DNA of 64,000 nucleotides from Eledone cirrhosa (GCA_964016885.1 OZ024741.1:392336001-392400000), one strand, 5' to 3'; counted from the first letter of the stretch, positions 12,271 to 25,394 are shown. Translations and numbers: made by a program. Notes: generated from the letters alone by a model not told the origin.

Positions 12271-14357
12271 ATCATCATCATCATCATCAGGTTTAGCGTC
12301 CGTGTTCCACGCTTGCATGGGTTTGGACAGGGGTTTTTCCACTTGAGGCAAGAGTGGTTGTCTTGCTCGCATAGGACTGTCTGGCGGGTTTTCTACAGTT
12401 GGATGCCCTTCCTAACACCAACCACATTTACAGTGTGGGGCTGGGAGGTTTTTACCGTGTTGCCTACACGGCCACATTACAGCGTGGACTGTCTGGCGGG
12501 TTTTCTACAGCTGGATGCCCTTCCTAACACCAACCACATTTACAGTGTGGGGCTGGGAGGTTTTTACCGTGTTGCCTACACGGCCACATTTACAGCGTGG
12601 ACTGTGTGTTTTTTGTCGTGACACCTACACGATCTCATTTGTTTCGGCCTGGATGTTGTGGGACCAACATAACTTTACATTGAAAGGGGCGGTGTGGGTG
12701 GGGTGGAGGTGGTGGGACGGGGGTGTGTTTTGATAGAGATGCCTACTGACTGTAGTAGGTTTTTACTTTGTATTTAGGTAAGGCGGGTCTTCTCTATTAC
12801 TGAGTACCGCCAAAGGTCTCGGTCCAGTGACATTGTCTTGGAGAGGTGTAAGCGTGTGAGGTCGGAATTTATCAGCTCGTCCCATGTTTTTCTGGGTCTG
12901 CCTACTCCGTGGCTACCGTCTATCTTTATTGCCCTGCACTTTGTTATACAGCTGTCGTCTTTCATGCGCATCACGTGACCGTACCAACGTAGCCTTCTCT
13001 CGAGTAAACAACATCTGATCCCTCTTATTTCTAATTTTTTCCTTAGTTCGTTTATGCTTTGCCGTTCACGTATATTACTATTACACATCCAGCGGAGCAT
13101 GCAAGCTTCGTTCCTCTCTAGTCTGCGTATATCCTCTGCACACAATGCCCAGGTCTCACTGCCATGCAGCATTGCTGTATGCAGGCATCGTATAACCTGC
13201 CTTTCATTTTTAGAGAGAACCCTCTAGCGGCTAATAGTGGTATAAGCTCTCTGAACTTTTTCCATCCAGTTCTGACTCTAGCTACTGTACTTTCAGAGCA
13301 CCCTCCCCCACTGCTGATTTTGTCACCCAGATAACGGAAGCTGTCCACTATTTCTATAGAACCCTCTGCGCAGTTGAAGGAGCTAGTATTTTGTGGGCAC
13401 TTGCTGCTACTTATTGCACCAGAGCACAGGCCACATGTAAAATCTATGTTCTTAGTTAGCTTACCTGTGATCCCACTACATCTTTTATGCACCCATACTT
13501 TGCATTTGGGACATAAAATGGAGTTTCTACCTACGCCTTTCCTACACACTGAGCATGGCCATTTCCCAGATGGGACCGCCGCCTTATTTTCTTTCCTACA
13601 AACTAGAACCAGGTTAATTTTAAGGCCTTTTGATTCTAGGCCGTGCTTCCATGTTTGGAATTTCTTCTCTAGTTCGGTCATTGATTCAGCTATGAGCGTT
13701 AGATCATCTGCGTATAGGAGTTCCCATGGGCAGCCAGTCTTGAACTCCTCTGTTATAGCCTGAAGGGCAATAATAAATAGTAGGGGGCTAAGAACAGAGC
13801 CCTGATGGACACCAACTTTTACGCTAAACTCTTCACTATATTCGTTGTTAATTCTAACCTTACTGACTGTTTCTTTATACATGGCTTGTATAGCTCTCAC
13901 AAGCCATTCGTCAACACCTAGTTTTCTAAGAGACCACCAGATAATGGAACGGAGGACTCTGTCGAAGGCTTTCTCCAAGTCGACGAAAGCTAAGTATAGG
14001 GGTTTACTTTTAGCTAGGTACTTCTCCTGTAGTTGTCGTACAATGAAAAGAGCGTCTGTGGTACTTTTGCCTGACACAAACCCGAACTGCATTTCATCTA
14101 GATCAATTCTCTCTCTGATTAGTTGCGCTATTACTTTTTCCGTGACCTTCATGACCTGGTCGATTAATTTAATGCCTCTATAGTTACTCCTATCTAGGGC
14201 ATCTCCTTTTCCCTTATAGCAGTTAACGATGATGCTGCTACGCCAGTCCTTCGGAACAACCCCATTCTGTACGACTTGGTTAACTATCCGGGTGACCATG
14301 GTGTGTCCCACCGAACCAGATGCCTTCAGCATCTCAGCAACTATTTCCGAAGGCCCA
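12271..14357 (-). mobile_element. 5'-truncated RTE LINE (RT, PHD-like finger, 3' UTR, (GAT)n tail)
   Basis: ORFs 13118-14383 and 12774-13172 (frameshift): NYRGIKL, QFGF, FVDLEKAFD, GVHQGSVLSPLLF, LLYADD, RLRWYGHV; ~113-bp tandem duplication in the 3' UTR. Confidence 0.95.
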
Positions 14358-14454
14358 TTATAAAACAAAATTAGAAATAACAAGTGGAAAAATTAGTAAA
14401 CAAATATATTTGTCTCCTTCAGAATATAATGAATGAAATATACTAAATAATCAC

Positions 14455-14543
14455 CTGTAATCGAAGAAGGTAATCTACAGTGCAAATGATAATATTCACT
14501 GTCGTATTGTTGCCAGCTTGTGTTCTGAGATAATTTTGGAACT
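14455..14543 (-). CDS. RyR: RyR exon (E)[29 protein letters not shown]
   Basis: tcag acceptor, gtgatt donor, 89 nt, phase 1/0. Confidence 0.97.
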
Positions 14544-15231
14544 CTGAATAGAAGAGGATAAAAATTGTTGTGATTAACATTCTCTTGTCAAAAGTTTTAA
14601 TCAAGGTTTGTCATTTCTAAAAGGAGTAAATATAATACATGTGATTTTTAGATTTAGTCATATTCATATCTCTAGTAACTTGACATATTTGAATTAGTGA
14701 TATAAAATATTTATTATAACAACAAGAAAGATACTGAAAATATATGTGGTTAAATTTAACATATTTTAGAAATATTACTGTTTGATCATTAAAAAAAAAA
14801 TAAGTTTCATTTATTTCATCTGGATACTGACCAAATAGAAGAGCAGCATTTATATCATACTGAATTCAGAATATTCAATTGAAATTCTTCATATGAAACC
14901 ACATCTGATATCACATTTATCTGTGATGTGGACTTCTAATTCAAGGGTCAAGAATTTAAACCTTGCCATTGCCACAATCAAAATAAGTAAAATTAGCAAC
15001 CAATCAACTTCATCACTGAGTGGTGAGCATTAAAACATAAGAGGTCTTAATTTATGGAACATTTTAACACAAGCCAGTGTAGATTAAGGGAAATAAAAGT
15101 GGTTAAAATGTTTAAAAATGTATATATAATTTTCCACACATGATTTAAGAAATCTAACTAGATTATAATTTAAGTACTTCTCAACTCACAGCTAATTGTA
15201 ACCTACTTTCAATAAGAAAATATAGACTTAC

Positions 15232-15386
15232 CAAGATTGTGACCTTCACAAAGCAATTGTAAAAATCGGAATAGTTTGCATGTAAATTCTGCATCATGTA
15301 AGTTTTTCTCACCAGGTCCTGTATCGGTACTCATTCCAAGCCCTTCAGCTTTGTTACAACGTTCAAAAGCATCTAGGTCGAGCACA
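15232..15386 (-). CDS. RyR: RyR exon [17 protein letters not shown]...[18 protein letters not shown]
   Basis: ttag acceptor, gtaagt donor, 155 nt, phase 2/1; RIH-associated domain motif LQLLCEGHN. Confidence 0.97.
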
Positions 15387-15802
15387 CTAAAATAGAAATA
15401 TAGAGAATATGGGAGGAAAGTTTGGAGAATATTTATTCAAATATTAAAAGAATTAATTTTATGTCCTTTCTATAATCTACATAATTTCAACATTATTTTT
15501 GTCTAACAGTTGTAACTTATTGTAATCACTAAGAAAGTTCATTAAATTTTGCATAAATCAACAAGAGAATTAGCTCTACACTAACTGTTAACCTCAACTT
15601 CATTTCACAATATAACACTAACAATATGTTGAAGTATGTATCTCTTCTCTTTATAAATAGGTCTTATACTTAACCATTTTGATACCAACCTGGTCAAAAC
15701 CAGCCCTGGTTCCATGAAATAAAACTACCTATTTTAAAGTCTTCCTATTTAAATTAATAGACAAGATCAATTCAATAAGTTATTTTCAAAGAGCTGTTAT
15801 AC

Positions 15803-15879
15803 CTGCATTGTTGCATAAGTCCAGCCACTGATGTAAAGAACCCAACATCTTTTTTATCTTTCAGATGTTTTAACATTCT
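15803..15879 (-). CDS. RyR: RyR exon [25 protein letters not shown](S)
   Basis: tcag acceptor, gtataa donor, 77 nt, phase 0/2; KKDVGFF motif. Confidence 0.95.
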
Positions 15880-16740
15880 CTGAAAAATATAAATCAGAAA
15901 AAAATTAACATGCAAGGAAAAAGTTAATAAAAAGAACAAGAAACATTATGAAAGTTGTCATATATTAAATGAAATTTATCAATTTGAAAGAAGTTTCATG
16001 TAACAAATTATGTTTCTCTTCTCTATACTAACGTTGTTGTAGATAATTTAATATCTACTTTCCCTGCTAGCAAGTGTTTAACAGGTCTACATAGACCAAG
16101 TCAGCACTGAAGCAAGGCTACTTACCTCCCAGACAGGGTTCTGCATCTCACTTACATATTGTTAATAATTAGGCTGATGATGATAACAATAGATTGCTAG
16201 ACAGTATAACTTAAAGAGAAAGGGCAGTGTCCTTGAACCTTTTTAGAGTCTCCAAGACAGGTGGAAGTAAGGGAAGAATTAATTTTCTATCTAGAGACCT
16301 AGCCAGAATGCAAAAAGTGGATTTCACTGAAGTCATTCAAGGATCAGGTGGTTCTGTAAAACTAATATATTAAGTCTACCACCCTTATAGGCCACAGCAG
16401 GATTTGAACTAGGAATACAAGGAACCAAACAAATACCATAAGGGATCCTATCTGATGCTCTGACATTTCTGTCTGCCCACTACCCTAGACTGATACTTTA
16501 TTTAATAATAACAGAATGATGAAAGTCAAAGTTGACTATGTTAGGATTTAGGCCCATAATGCAATGCAAGGAGCTAAAATAAACACTGTAATGTATTTCA
16601 TCTGATGCTCTAACACTTTTACCAACTTGCTGTAAGATACTGAGCTTTATTATATCAGTTATATTGCTGGCATTTTGAGAAAGATTTCTTTTTATATAAA
16701 AGTAATTCAGAAATTAAGGAAATAATTCAAGTGTTCTTAC

Positions 16741-16820
16741 CTTTTGTACATCAACATTACCTCCTCTCAATAGAGATATACCAAGTACAATTGTGTGATC
16801 AACAATCGGGCTATATACAC
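16741..16820 (-). CDS. RyR: RyR exon (G)VYSPIVDHTIVLGISLLRGGNVDVQK
   Basis: tcag acceptor, gtaaga donor, 80 nt, phase 1/0; LGIS.L.GGN..VQ motif. Confidence 0.95.
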
Positions 16821-16844
16821 CTGAAGGATAAAATAAAAAAAAAA

Positions 16845-17225
16845 ATTGTATTGGTGCTCCAACATAGTGATATACAAATATGTGTATGTATTGTATATTA
16901 AATAATATATGGGATGTTTATGAAATACATTTGAGGGTTATTTCACTACGAATCTTTAAAGTTGTAAACAATGTGTTGTTTCTTGCTATTTTGTGTTTAT
17001 CAAGACTATATGTCCCTACTTCCGCTGAGGTTAAAATAAACTAGAATCTTATAGAATTTTGCTTATATTTATGAGCTGATGAAACTCATTTGCATACATA
17101 GTGGTAGCCGGCCAGGCTTAAATAAAAACATTTGTATTGGTTTTCCAACATAGTGGTATACACATGTATGTATGTATTGTATATTGGATTTAAGCCTGGC
17201 TGGCTACCGCTCCATATGAAAATGA
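16845..17225. mobile_element. Structured repeat with direct terminal repeat and short inversion (family shared with 38040-38520)
   Basis: ttgtattgg..tccaacatagtg.tataca at ~16846 and ~17132; 17085-17123 inverted at 17188-17225; aligns to 38068-38440. Confidence 0.6.
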
Positions 17226-17443
17226 CCATAAAGAGGCTCTCTTGTTGTCTCACAAAACATTCTTACATGAACTAAAACTAATTGTTTTATATCAATCAGC
17301 CAGGTAGGTTGATACCTTTTGATACAAACCCACCCAAAATCATCTCTGGTTCTATAGAAACACAAACGTATTTTAAATTGTTCTTGTTTAAATTAAAATC
17401 TTTCAACATAATTTTTGTTATGTTACATATACCACATTAATAG

Positions 17444-17652
17444 TGATTTCTGATTTAGGCACAAGGCCAACAATTTTGAAGGAGGGTAAAGTTGATTAAA
17501 TCAACCCCAGTGCATGACTGGTACTTTGTACTATCGATCCTATGAGAATGAAAGGCAAAGCTAACTTTGGCATTTGAAATCAGAACGTAAAGGGTCGTAA
17601 CTCTATGCTGTGAAGCATGGAGTCTGATGATCTACCGATACTGCCCATCCAC
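17444..17652 (-). mobile_element. SINE
   Basis: Same family as 6548-6728; flanking direct repeat ataccacattaata. Confidence 0.75.
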
Positions 17653-17861
17653 CTCTCTAAATACCACATTAATAATGAAATAATGATGTTAGTAATTCTT
17701 TCCAAATTCTTCATTAATTAATTCAAATGTAGTGTGTTTTATTAGAAATATGGTATCAAAATGATTAAAGGTCAATTTTAAAGGTAATACAGACATGAAT
17801 ACATTAATATACAGGAGCCTTTAGAATTCCCTAATGTAAATAATTCTTTCCCGAACAATAC

Positions 17862-17961
17862 CTTTAGTTGCACTGATATAAAGTAGGATCATTTCTGCAG
17901 CGCCACGTTCTGATAATCGAGATTGCTCAGAAAGAAGTTGTTGCTTTTCCATTTCTTGTTC
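17862..17961 (-). CDS. RyR: RyR exon [33 protein letters not shown](G)
   Basis: caag acceptor, gtattg donor, 100 nt, phase 0/1; EMEKQ.LL..Q.RL..RGAAEM motif. Confidence 0.95.
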
Positions 17962-18792
17962 CTTGCAAAAAGAAAGACAAAATGAATCAAATTTAGTCTC
18001 TTAAAAAAGAAAAGAAAAATCAATTTTTTAGAACAAGGCAGTTAATATATGATAATATAGGGACAGATAGAGTAGTTGCTTTGAACTTAATATGGTAACA
18101 AATAACAGCATCAGAATAGAAGACATGCTGTCAGGTATGTCTGTTTGTTCATTTTATAAGTCATTAATATAATTTCATTTGATTTGATATGTATAACAAA
18201 AAATGAATTAACTATTTTGAGGAAAAATGAAAAGAAATGGGTAGGCCTTAAATAATAGGAGCATGTAGTAATTGACAAAAAAATAATTTCATGGAAAAAA
18301 TGATTAGTTTTAAAACCAGATATTAATTGTGAAAATAAAATAGATTGAGTGTCTGTTAGTTATAAACTTTGGTGAATATTTGCTTCTGTTGTAACTGATG
18401 CTTTTTGTAAAGTATTATCAGCTTGAGTAGATTTCACAATTTCTTCATTTCCATTTCTTCTGAGATACCGTAAAAGAAGGCTCTTTATATTTTGTTACAT
18501 TTACATTTATTAATTGTCATTTATATAACAAATAAAACAGGGAATAATATTTCAAAATTGAAGTTCATATATAAATACAATCTCAGCCAATTGTTTTAGG
18601 TTGAGTTAAAATTCCGAGTATTGTAGACATTAAAGTGTTGTAATGATTCTTGATAATTAACACTGCTTAGTAGAACTAATACAACACCCAGTTTAATATC
18701 ATCTGCTCTTTCGTTGCTTTTTGAATTCAAACCTTTGTTACAAGCATTCAAACCAGAGCTATGATTCCTTTCACCCCCAGGTTTTTTTGTTG

Positions 18793-18855
18793 TAAACATT
18801 GCGTTGACCTGCAAATGTTCAGTTTGGAAGGGTGTGACAATGTTATGGAACTGTG

Positions 18856-18892
<37 letters not shown>

Positions 18893-19076
18893 CATATATA
18901 TATATATATATATAGAAGTGGTTACACAACAGTTAGTTCACCTATATATATATAGTTGTAAGGGTGCAAGATAAATGGGCCTAAATGTTATATATATATA
19001 TATATATATTTCTATATAGCACAGTTCCATAACATTGACAGGCCCTTCCAATATTTGCAGGTCAACTCAATGTTTA
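18793..19076. repeat. Inverted repeat (~65-bp arms) around (TA)n
   Basis: taaacattgcgttgacctgcaaat...gttatggaactgtgctata versus tatagcacagttccataacattg...tttgcaggtcaactcaatgttta. Confidence 0.8.
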
Positions 19077-19278
19077 TGTATATATATATATAATATATAT
19101 ATGTTAGCAGAGTTTGCAGCCATCACATATATATATATATACACACACACACATATATATATATACGCACATGTACACACACATATATATATATATATAC
19201 TTTAATATACACACATATATATATATATACATACATACATATATACTTTAATATACATATATATATATACGAGTATAT

Positions 19279-19317
<39 letters not shown>

Positions 19318-19483
19318 CATAAATATTTATTTATATATATTCATATATATATAATTCAAATTAAAAGATATACGTATATACATATAGAGAGAAGGAACCA
19401 TATATCTCATGAGGATACAGTATATTGTATATACACAAAGCATATATCTCAAAGAAAAATATGTACTATAGATGGAAAAAATA

Positions 19484-19615
19484 AAATTCCTTATAGCGCG
19501 ATTTCATGACCTGTAGTACCATGTCTTAAAATCAATCTAAGTAATCGATCATCGATCACAAAGTATCGACTTTGGTTAAGCTATAGGAGATGCAAATCAA
19601 TCATCAGAGGAAATC
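19484..19615 (-). ncRNA. Type I hammerhead motif with ~95-nt stem II, sense to RyR
   Basis: Minus strand: gatttcct CTGATGA t-tgatttg...caggtca-t GAAA T-cgcgct-A TA aggaattt; near-palindromic stem III; predicted cut between 19492 and 19491. Confidence 0.7.
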
Positions 19616-19835
19616 GTCAATTATATAATTTGAAAAAAAATATAGAGGTGCAATATAGTATATAATATAATATACCTGTTTATATCTGGAGGGAAACTCA
19701 ATGAACCAACTCCAAGCTGAGGAGCAGCATGGTGGAGTTACGTTTAACCCAAGGTAACAGATGCAAACTAAACTGGACGTCAATTTTGGTAAAAAGAGGT
19801 GTGAATAGTTATATATATGCACACACATATATCAA

Positions 19836-19965
19836 GTTTAATATAGAAATGGCTTCTACAGAACTAGAACTGTAGAAGCCATTTCTATATTAAACGTTTA
19901 CAGTCTACTAATGTATTGAGTACCTTAGTAATTGTGGTTATCCCCAACTAAACCCGGGACTCACA
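19836..19965 (+). mobile_element. Hairpin-capped short element (tail shared with 42833-42900 minus)
   Basis: Perfect-armed hairpin 19836-19895 plus tail tctact.atgtattg.gtacctta.t.a.tgtggtta...aaccc.ggactcaca. Confidence 0.7.
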
Positions 19966-20479
19966 TGTATATGTATTTACACACACACACATATATATAT
20001 TTAGGGATTATAACGTCCAGTTACTCTAGGTTCACCAGAGTAGTTTCCAGTAGGTATATTGGTGTTGTACTAAGCAGAGTGTAATCTAATATATAATGAT
20101 TGGAGAACTGTGAGACAGGGATATCTTTTCTGAACATGTTATTAAAATAAGTTGGATTACTTTGAATAATTTATGAATGAATATTTATCTACTAAATGTA
20201 GTAGCTCTTGATTAAACATAAAACATCTTATATATAAAATGTACTGCTTATTTCAAGATCCACTTCTTTTAAAATTTTCAAATGTCAACACTTCCGTTAA
20301 CATACATTATATCATTTTCATAACATTTCACCATAATGCCGTTTAAATATAATATAATCTTTTTTAAATGTATCATAGATTGCTTTACTGACTACAGAAC
20401 ACAGTCTTCATTCAATTACAATGCATATTGTCAATTGTGATTTTATTGACAGTTGTGTAAATACTGTATTTTTTTCTTC

Positions 20480-21200
20480 TCATGTCCACAAGCATGTCAG
20501 TTACAAAGCTTGGCTAGATGTGATTCCACCACAGCTGAACACATTGCTGTCCTTTCTCATTAAACTCTTCTAAGTTCAATGCTGTGCAGGAGTGTTCCAG
20601 CAGAGGGCATATCAGAAGGTGCTGCTTAGTTTGTGGCTCGATGCTGCAGTCACACACAACGTCTCCATCCTTTAAATATCCCCATTTTGAAGATTGACTT
20701 TTGCATGTCCAACACCAGATCTTAGTCTGTTGAGACATTTCGACACTGCTCCAGGGGCAGTGCCTCGCTTGCCTTTAGTTCCATTATTGTTACACATGGG
20801 AGATTGTTAGTGAGTGACCCTTTCACTACTTATGCTTGATGTTTCAAGGGGTGTGATGCTCTTTAGGTAACTTTTCCTGGATTTAAGGCGGATTTTGGTT
20901 GGCACATGGCCGAAGAGAGGATGTTTTTAATCTGTAGTCTGTTGCTGACGCTCTTTCTTGTTTGCTGCACTTCGCCGTATATCTCTGGTGGGGTTATGCC
21001 TGCCAGGATATACAGACGATCCGTAGGTGTAGATTTCAGGCAGCCTGTGATGAGGCAGCAGCTAGCATTGAGGGTGTGATCTAGCTTCTGGATATAGACA
21101 GCTCGCTCCCATACTGGGCATGCATACTCGGCAGCTGAGTAGTGGATGATGTCCCCTGCATTCACTTTGCACTTGGTCTTCTCAATGTGGATTTTAAAAT
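20480..21200 (-). mobile_element. I-group (Ingi/Vingi-like) LINE 3' fragment
   Basis: YSAAEYACPVW...ITGCLKSTP...LAGITPPEI and terminal KWGY...CDC...QT.QHLL.CP zinc knuckle. Confidence 0.7.
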
Positions 21201-21469
21201 ACTACTACAAATGTAGTTTTATTTTATTGTTTTACAAATATAAGGAAAAAAGAAAAGGAAAAAGAAAGGAAAAAGAAAGGAAAAAGAAAGGAAAAAGAAA
21301 GGAAAAAGAAAGAAAAAACACACAAGTAGGTAATACACACATCTAAGACCACGTACAACAAAAGGCAGGTAGAAGGAATGGACAAACAAACTCCTGCCAG
21401 AACAAAAGATAACGATATTGCGAGGAGCAATGGAAACCTTCTATAATAATTTTTGAGCCAAGCCAGCAC

Positions 21470-21755
21470 ACTCGCAGCATTACCTCATGTATAGTCCTGC
21501 GGATAGCGTTGGTGGTTTTCTTGCCCAGGTGCGGGATTTTAAGGAAGCCCTTGCCTTGGGTGTTTCTCTGCCTCTTGCGTCTGGTGTCTCTTACTCTGCT
21601 TGTAAGCGAGGCTGGGTATCCATTTGTCTCCAGCACCCCAAGGAACTGCTTCGTATGGGTGACACCACTCACGGGATCGCTGCATCCATTTTTAATCCGC
21701 GTGATCTCATTTGTGATGTACCCTCTTTTAGCACCGCAGGGAGGGCAGATTTGTA
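21470..21755 (-). mobile_element. Penelope-like RT thumb fragment
   Basis: FLGVLETNGYPASL...FLKIPHLG, resembling the PLE NGYP and L.IPY motifs. Confidence 0.6.
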
Positions 21756-21759
21756 GTGG

Positions 21760-22305
21760 GCTATGTTCTTGTCATTCCAGATAGTCTTAAGTTTTCTGAG
21801 TGCTGCTGTGGTCTGGGCAGATCTGGCAAGTACTTTGGGTTTAGATCTTTCATCTGAAATGATTGACCCCACTCTAGTTTCTCGCTGTTGACTCAGACAT
21901 CAGTGCTGATGCCGTTAGTGTTGTTGGTCATCACTTTGGTCTTTTCTGTACCGATCTGCATACTTTAGGTGGTAGAAGTCTTGTGAAGACCATTGTTGTT
22001 GTTGGCCATTCCCCTGTCTGCAGATGGTCATTAGGGCTATTATCATGGCTTCTTACCCTGCTGCACCAACTCTGCTGAGATATTGTCCACTCCTGCAGAC
22101 TTCTCTTTCTTGAGTGATTTCACAGTTGCTTCTGTTTCTTCATGAAGGATGGGTTGTTACTTGTTGGAGGGGTTTTCAGTACTTCTGGATCTCCTGTAGC
22201 TCTGTGGATGTACAGTCCTGAGCAGCACTCAGTCCATCTGTTTAGGATGTCCTGTTATTCAGTCAGGCTTTTTTCATCCTTGTCCTGTATGGTGGTGGTT
22301 CGCCA
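21760..22305 (-). mobile_element. Degraded RTE/BovB-like LINE fragment
   Basis: KSLKKRKSAGVDNISAELV and GSIISDE.SKP.VLAR.AQTTAAL.KLK.IWND.NI. Confidence 0.75.
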
Positions 22306-22394
22306 TCATGTATATACATATATACATGTCTATATATACATATATACATGTCATATATATATATATATATATATATAGACATGTATATATATAA

Positions 22395-22665
22395 TTGGTG
22401 TTGGATGCTTAAAGTGTCCGTATGTGGTAGGCCGTTTGAGCACTCGATGCTCTTATAGAGCAGAGTATGATATCACAGAAAAAACAGAATCAGTGTTGCA
22501 ATGAATGGAATTTATTGGACATATTACAATCGTTTCTCTGGTGACCAGCTCGAGGCACGATCAATGTGATGATCGAACCTGACTCTGAAAATTGGAAGGT
22601 CCTCAGATACGTCTTGATTCTACGAAGCAGATTTTCAACACTGATTCTGTTTTTTTCTGTGATAT
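22395..22665 (-). mobile_element. PLE-type terminus with short inverted ends (family shared with 23845-24250)
   Basis: atatcacagaaaaaacagaatcagtgttg is inverted at 22637-22665; shares ttgagcactc.atgctctta.agagcagagtatgata with ~23884. Confidence 0.7.
22518..22613 (-). ncRNA. Type I hammerhead motif with ~63-nt stem II region, sense to RyR
   Basis: Minus strand: gacgtat CTGAGGA ... GAAA CGATTG TA atatgtc; stem I has 7 bp; the base of stem II is degenerate. Confidence 0.65.
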
Positions 22666-22676
22666 ATATATATATA

Positions 22677-22852
22677 TATAAGATCAAAAGATGGTTAAAA
22701 GAGTTGCAAGTATTTTATTAATAAAATACTTGGAACTCTTTTAACCATCTTTTGATCTTATATTATTTATACTCCAGTCCTACAAACTGTAGAGTGCTAC
22801 TTATCCGATATTTGCATTGCTTTATTGTGCTACAATAAAACTCATCTCCTAC
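22677..22852 (+). repeat. Hairpin-capped short element in (TA)n
   Basis: Near-perfect palindrome 22677-22763 followed by a ~90-bp tail. Confidence 0.7.
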
Positions 22853-22885
<33 letters not shown>

Positions 22886-22909
22886 AACATGTACACACAT
22901 ACATATACA

Positions 22910-22957
<48 letters not shown>

Positions 22958-23143
22958 AGTTATATTTAATGAGTTTGATGATACAACTGTATAAGGCATT
23001 CAGATATTTAAAGCTCTAATGTAGTTTTTTCAATATCCAGATTGGCAAAGGTAGTTTAGAGATTATCATAGATTTACAAATCTCAGAGCATATATAAATG
23101 AAAAAAAAATACCAATACATTAATATATTATTTAATTAATTAT

Positions 23144-23460
23144 ATCATCATCATCATCATTTTATGTCCGCTTTTTCCTTGCTTGCAAGGGTGGGACGGG
23201 AACTGATTCTGGCTTGATTTCTACAGCTGGATGCCCTTCCTAACACCAACCTCATTTACAGTGAGTGCTGGGTGCTTTTTTGCCGTGGCACCTCCACGAC
23301 CACTTTGCAGTGGAATCTCATTTCTACAGCTGAGTAAACTGGAGCAATGTGAAATAAAGTGTCTTGCTCAAGGAAACAATACATCACCCGGTCTGAGAAT
23401 TGAACTCACAACCTTTCGATTGCAAGGCCAATGCTCTAACCACTAAGCCATGTGCCTCCA
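23144..23460 (-). mobile_element. tRNA-derived SINE with RTE-derived 3' tail
   Basis: Head tggcttagtggttagagcattgg...gtgagttcaa (A/B boxes), central ccttgagcaagacacttt, RTE tail and (GAT)n. Confidence 0.85.
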
Positions 23461-23920
23461 TTATATATATATTAAATTTAATTAATATATTATTTAATTG
23501 ATTTACATGTTTCATTTAACTACAAAGGATGTAGCATTTAATTCCTTTGTAGAGAAATCTTCAGAATCATTATATAATAGAGAAAAGATATTTATTTACC
23601 AATCCCATTTTCTTATGCATCTAGTTATGAAGATTTGAAAAATGTAAAGAATGTTTTTCTTATTTGGGGATAGCATTAAAATTATGGAAGGCAAGAAGTG
23701 TAGGAAACATTTTAACTGTACAAAATATCTAGTGTTCAGTTTGACTGTTTTATATATATATATATATATACATTATAATTATATATATATATTATAATTA
23801 TATATATATATAGATATATATACACATTATATATATGTGTGTGTCTGATGGTAGCTAAGATGCTTCCATAGGCGGTATGCCGGTTGAGCACTCTATGCTC
23901 TTACAGAGCAGAGTATGATA

Positions 23921-24250
23921 TAATATAAAACAAAAAATCAGTGATGCATCTGAACTCAATTTATTGTGTGTTACAATTGTTTCACCGGGGAACAGCTTGA
24001 AACACGATCATTGTGTGGATCTGTCTGATCCTGGATCTGCAGGTTCAACGGACACGTCTAATGATTTTGGAGCAAAGGAATTTGCTCCGAAATCATTAGA
24101 CGTGTCCGTTGAACCTGCAGATCCAGAATCCGACAGGTCCCAGATCAGACAGATCCACACAATGATCGTGTCTTGAGCTGTCTGCCGGTGAAACAATTGT
24201 AACACACAATAAATTGAGTTCAGATGCATCACTGATTTTTTGTTTTATAT
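23921..24250. repeat. ~330-bp near-perfect palindrome (fold-back PLE-type terminus)
   Basis: Arms mirror around gcaaa-ggaa-tttgc (~24078); each arm carries GAAACAATTGTA, the 3' half of a hammerhead. Confidence 0.9.
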
Positions 24251-24539
24251 CATATGTATATATATACACACATTATAATTATATATATATATATATATAT
24301 ATACACATTATAATTATATATATATATATACACACATTATGATTATAATTATATATATATATACACACATACACATTATAATTATATATATATATATACA
24401 CACATTATGATTATAATTATATATATATATACATTATAATTATATATATATATACACACATATACATTATAATTATATATATATATACATTATAATTATA
24501 TATATATATATAATTATATATATATATATATACACATTA

Positions 24540-24578
<39 letters not shown>

Positions 24579-24656
24579 TATGATTATAATTATATATATA
24601 TATACACACATATACATTATAATTATATATATATATATAATTATAATTATATATAT

Positions 24657-24697
<41 letters not shown>

Positions 24698-24993
24698 ATT
24701 ATAATTATATATATATATATATATACATATATACATATACATTATAATTATATATATATATATATATACATATATACATATACATTATAATTATATATAT
24801 ATATATACATATATACATATACATTATAATTATATATATATATATATACACATACATTATAATTATATATATATACATATATACATATACATTATAATTA
24901 TATATATATATATATACATATATACATATACATTATAATTACATATATATATATATATACACATACATTATAATTATATATATATATACATTA

Positions 24994-25038
<45 letters not shown>

Positions 25039-25358
25039 TATAATTATCTATATATATATATACATTATAATTATATATATAATATATATATATATATACA
25101 TACATTATAATTATATATATATACATTATAATGATATATATATATATAAACATTATAATTATATTGTTATACTTTGGGAGGGTCATGTTATTGACAACAT
25201 GACCCTCCCAAAGTATAACAATATCGGTTTCAACACACGATTTCAGATAAAGAATCTTGCTAAACAAATTCAGAAACGAAATTATAATTATATATATATA
25301 TATATGTGTTTCTTGGAGCTTAATAGTTACAGGGTTCCAATTGAGTTTTAACTATAAT

Positions 25359-25394
<36 letters not shown>

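Noticed and set aside
17076-17082. CTGATGA followed by a long hairpin, as a hammerhead
   Set aside because: No matching GAAA-stem III-NUH, and the homologous copy at ~38312 lacks the core; the hairpin is a terminal inversion.
23380-23455. tRNA genes (also 49400-49470, 53400-53460)
   Set aside because: These are SINE heads continuing into SINE body and RTE tail; no full cloverleaf.
24050-24110. ctaatga...gaaa at the palindrome centre as a hammerhead
   Set aside because: The apparent motif is produced by the mirror symmetry itself.
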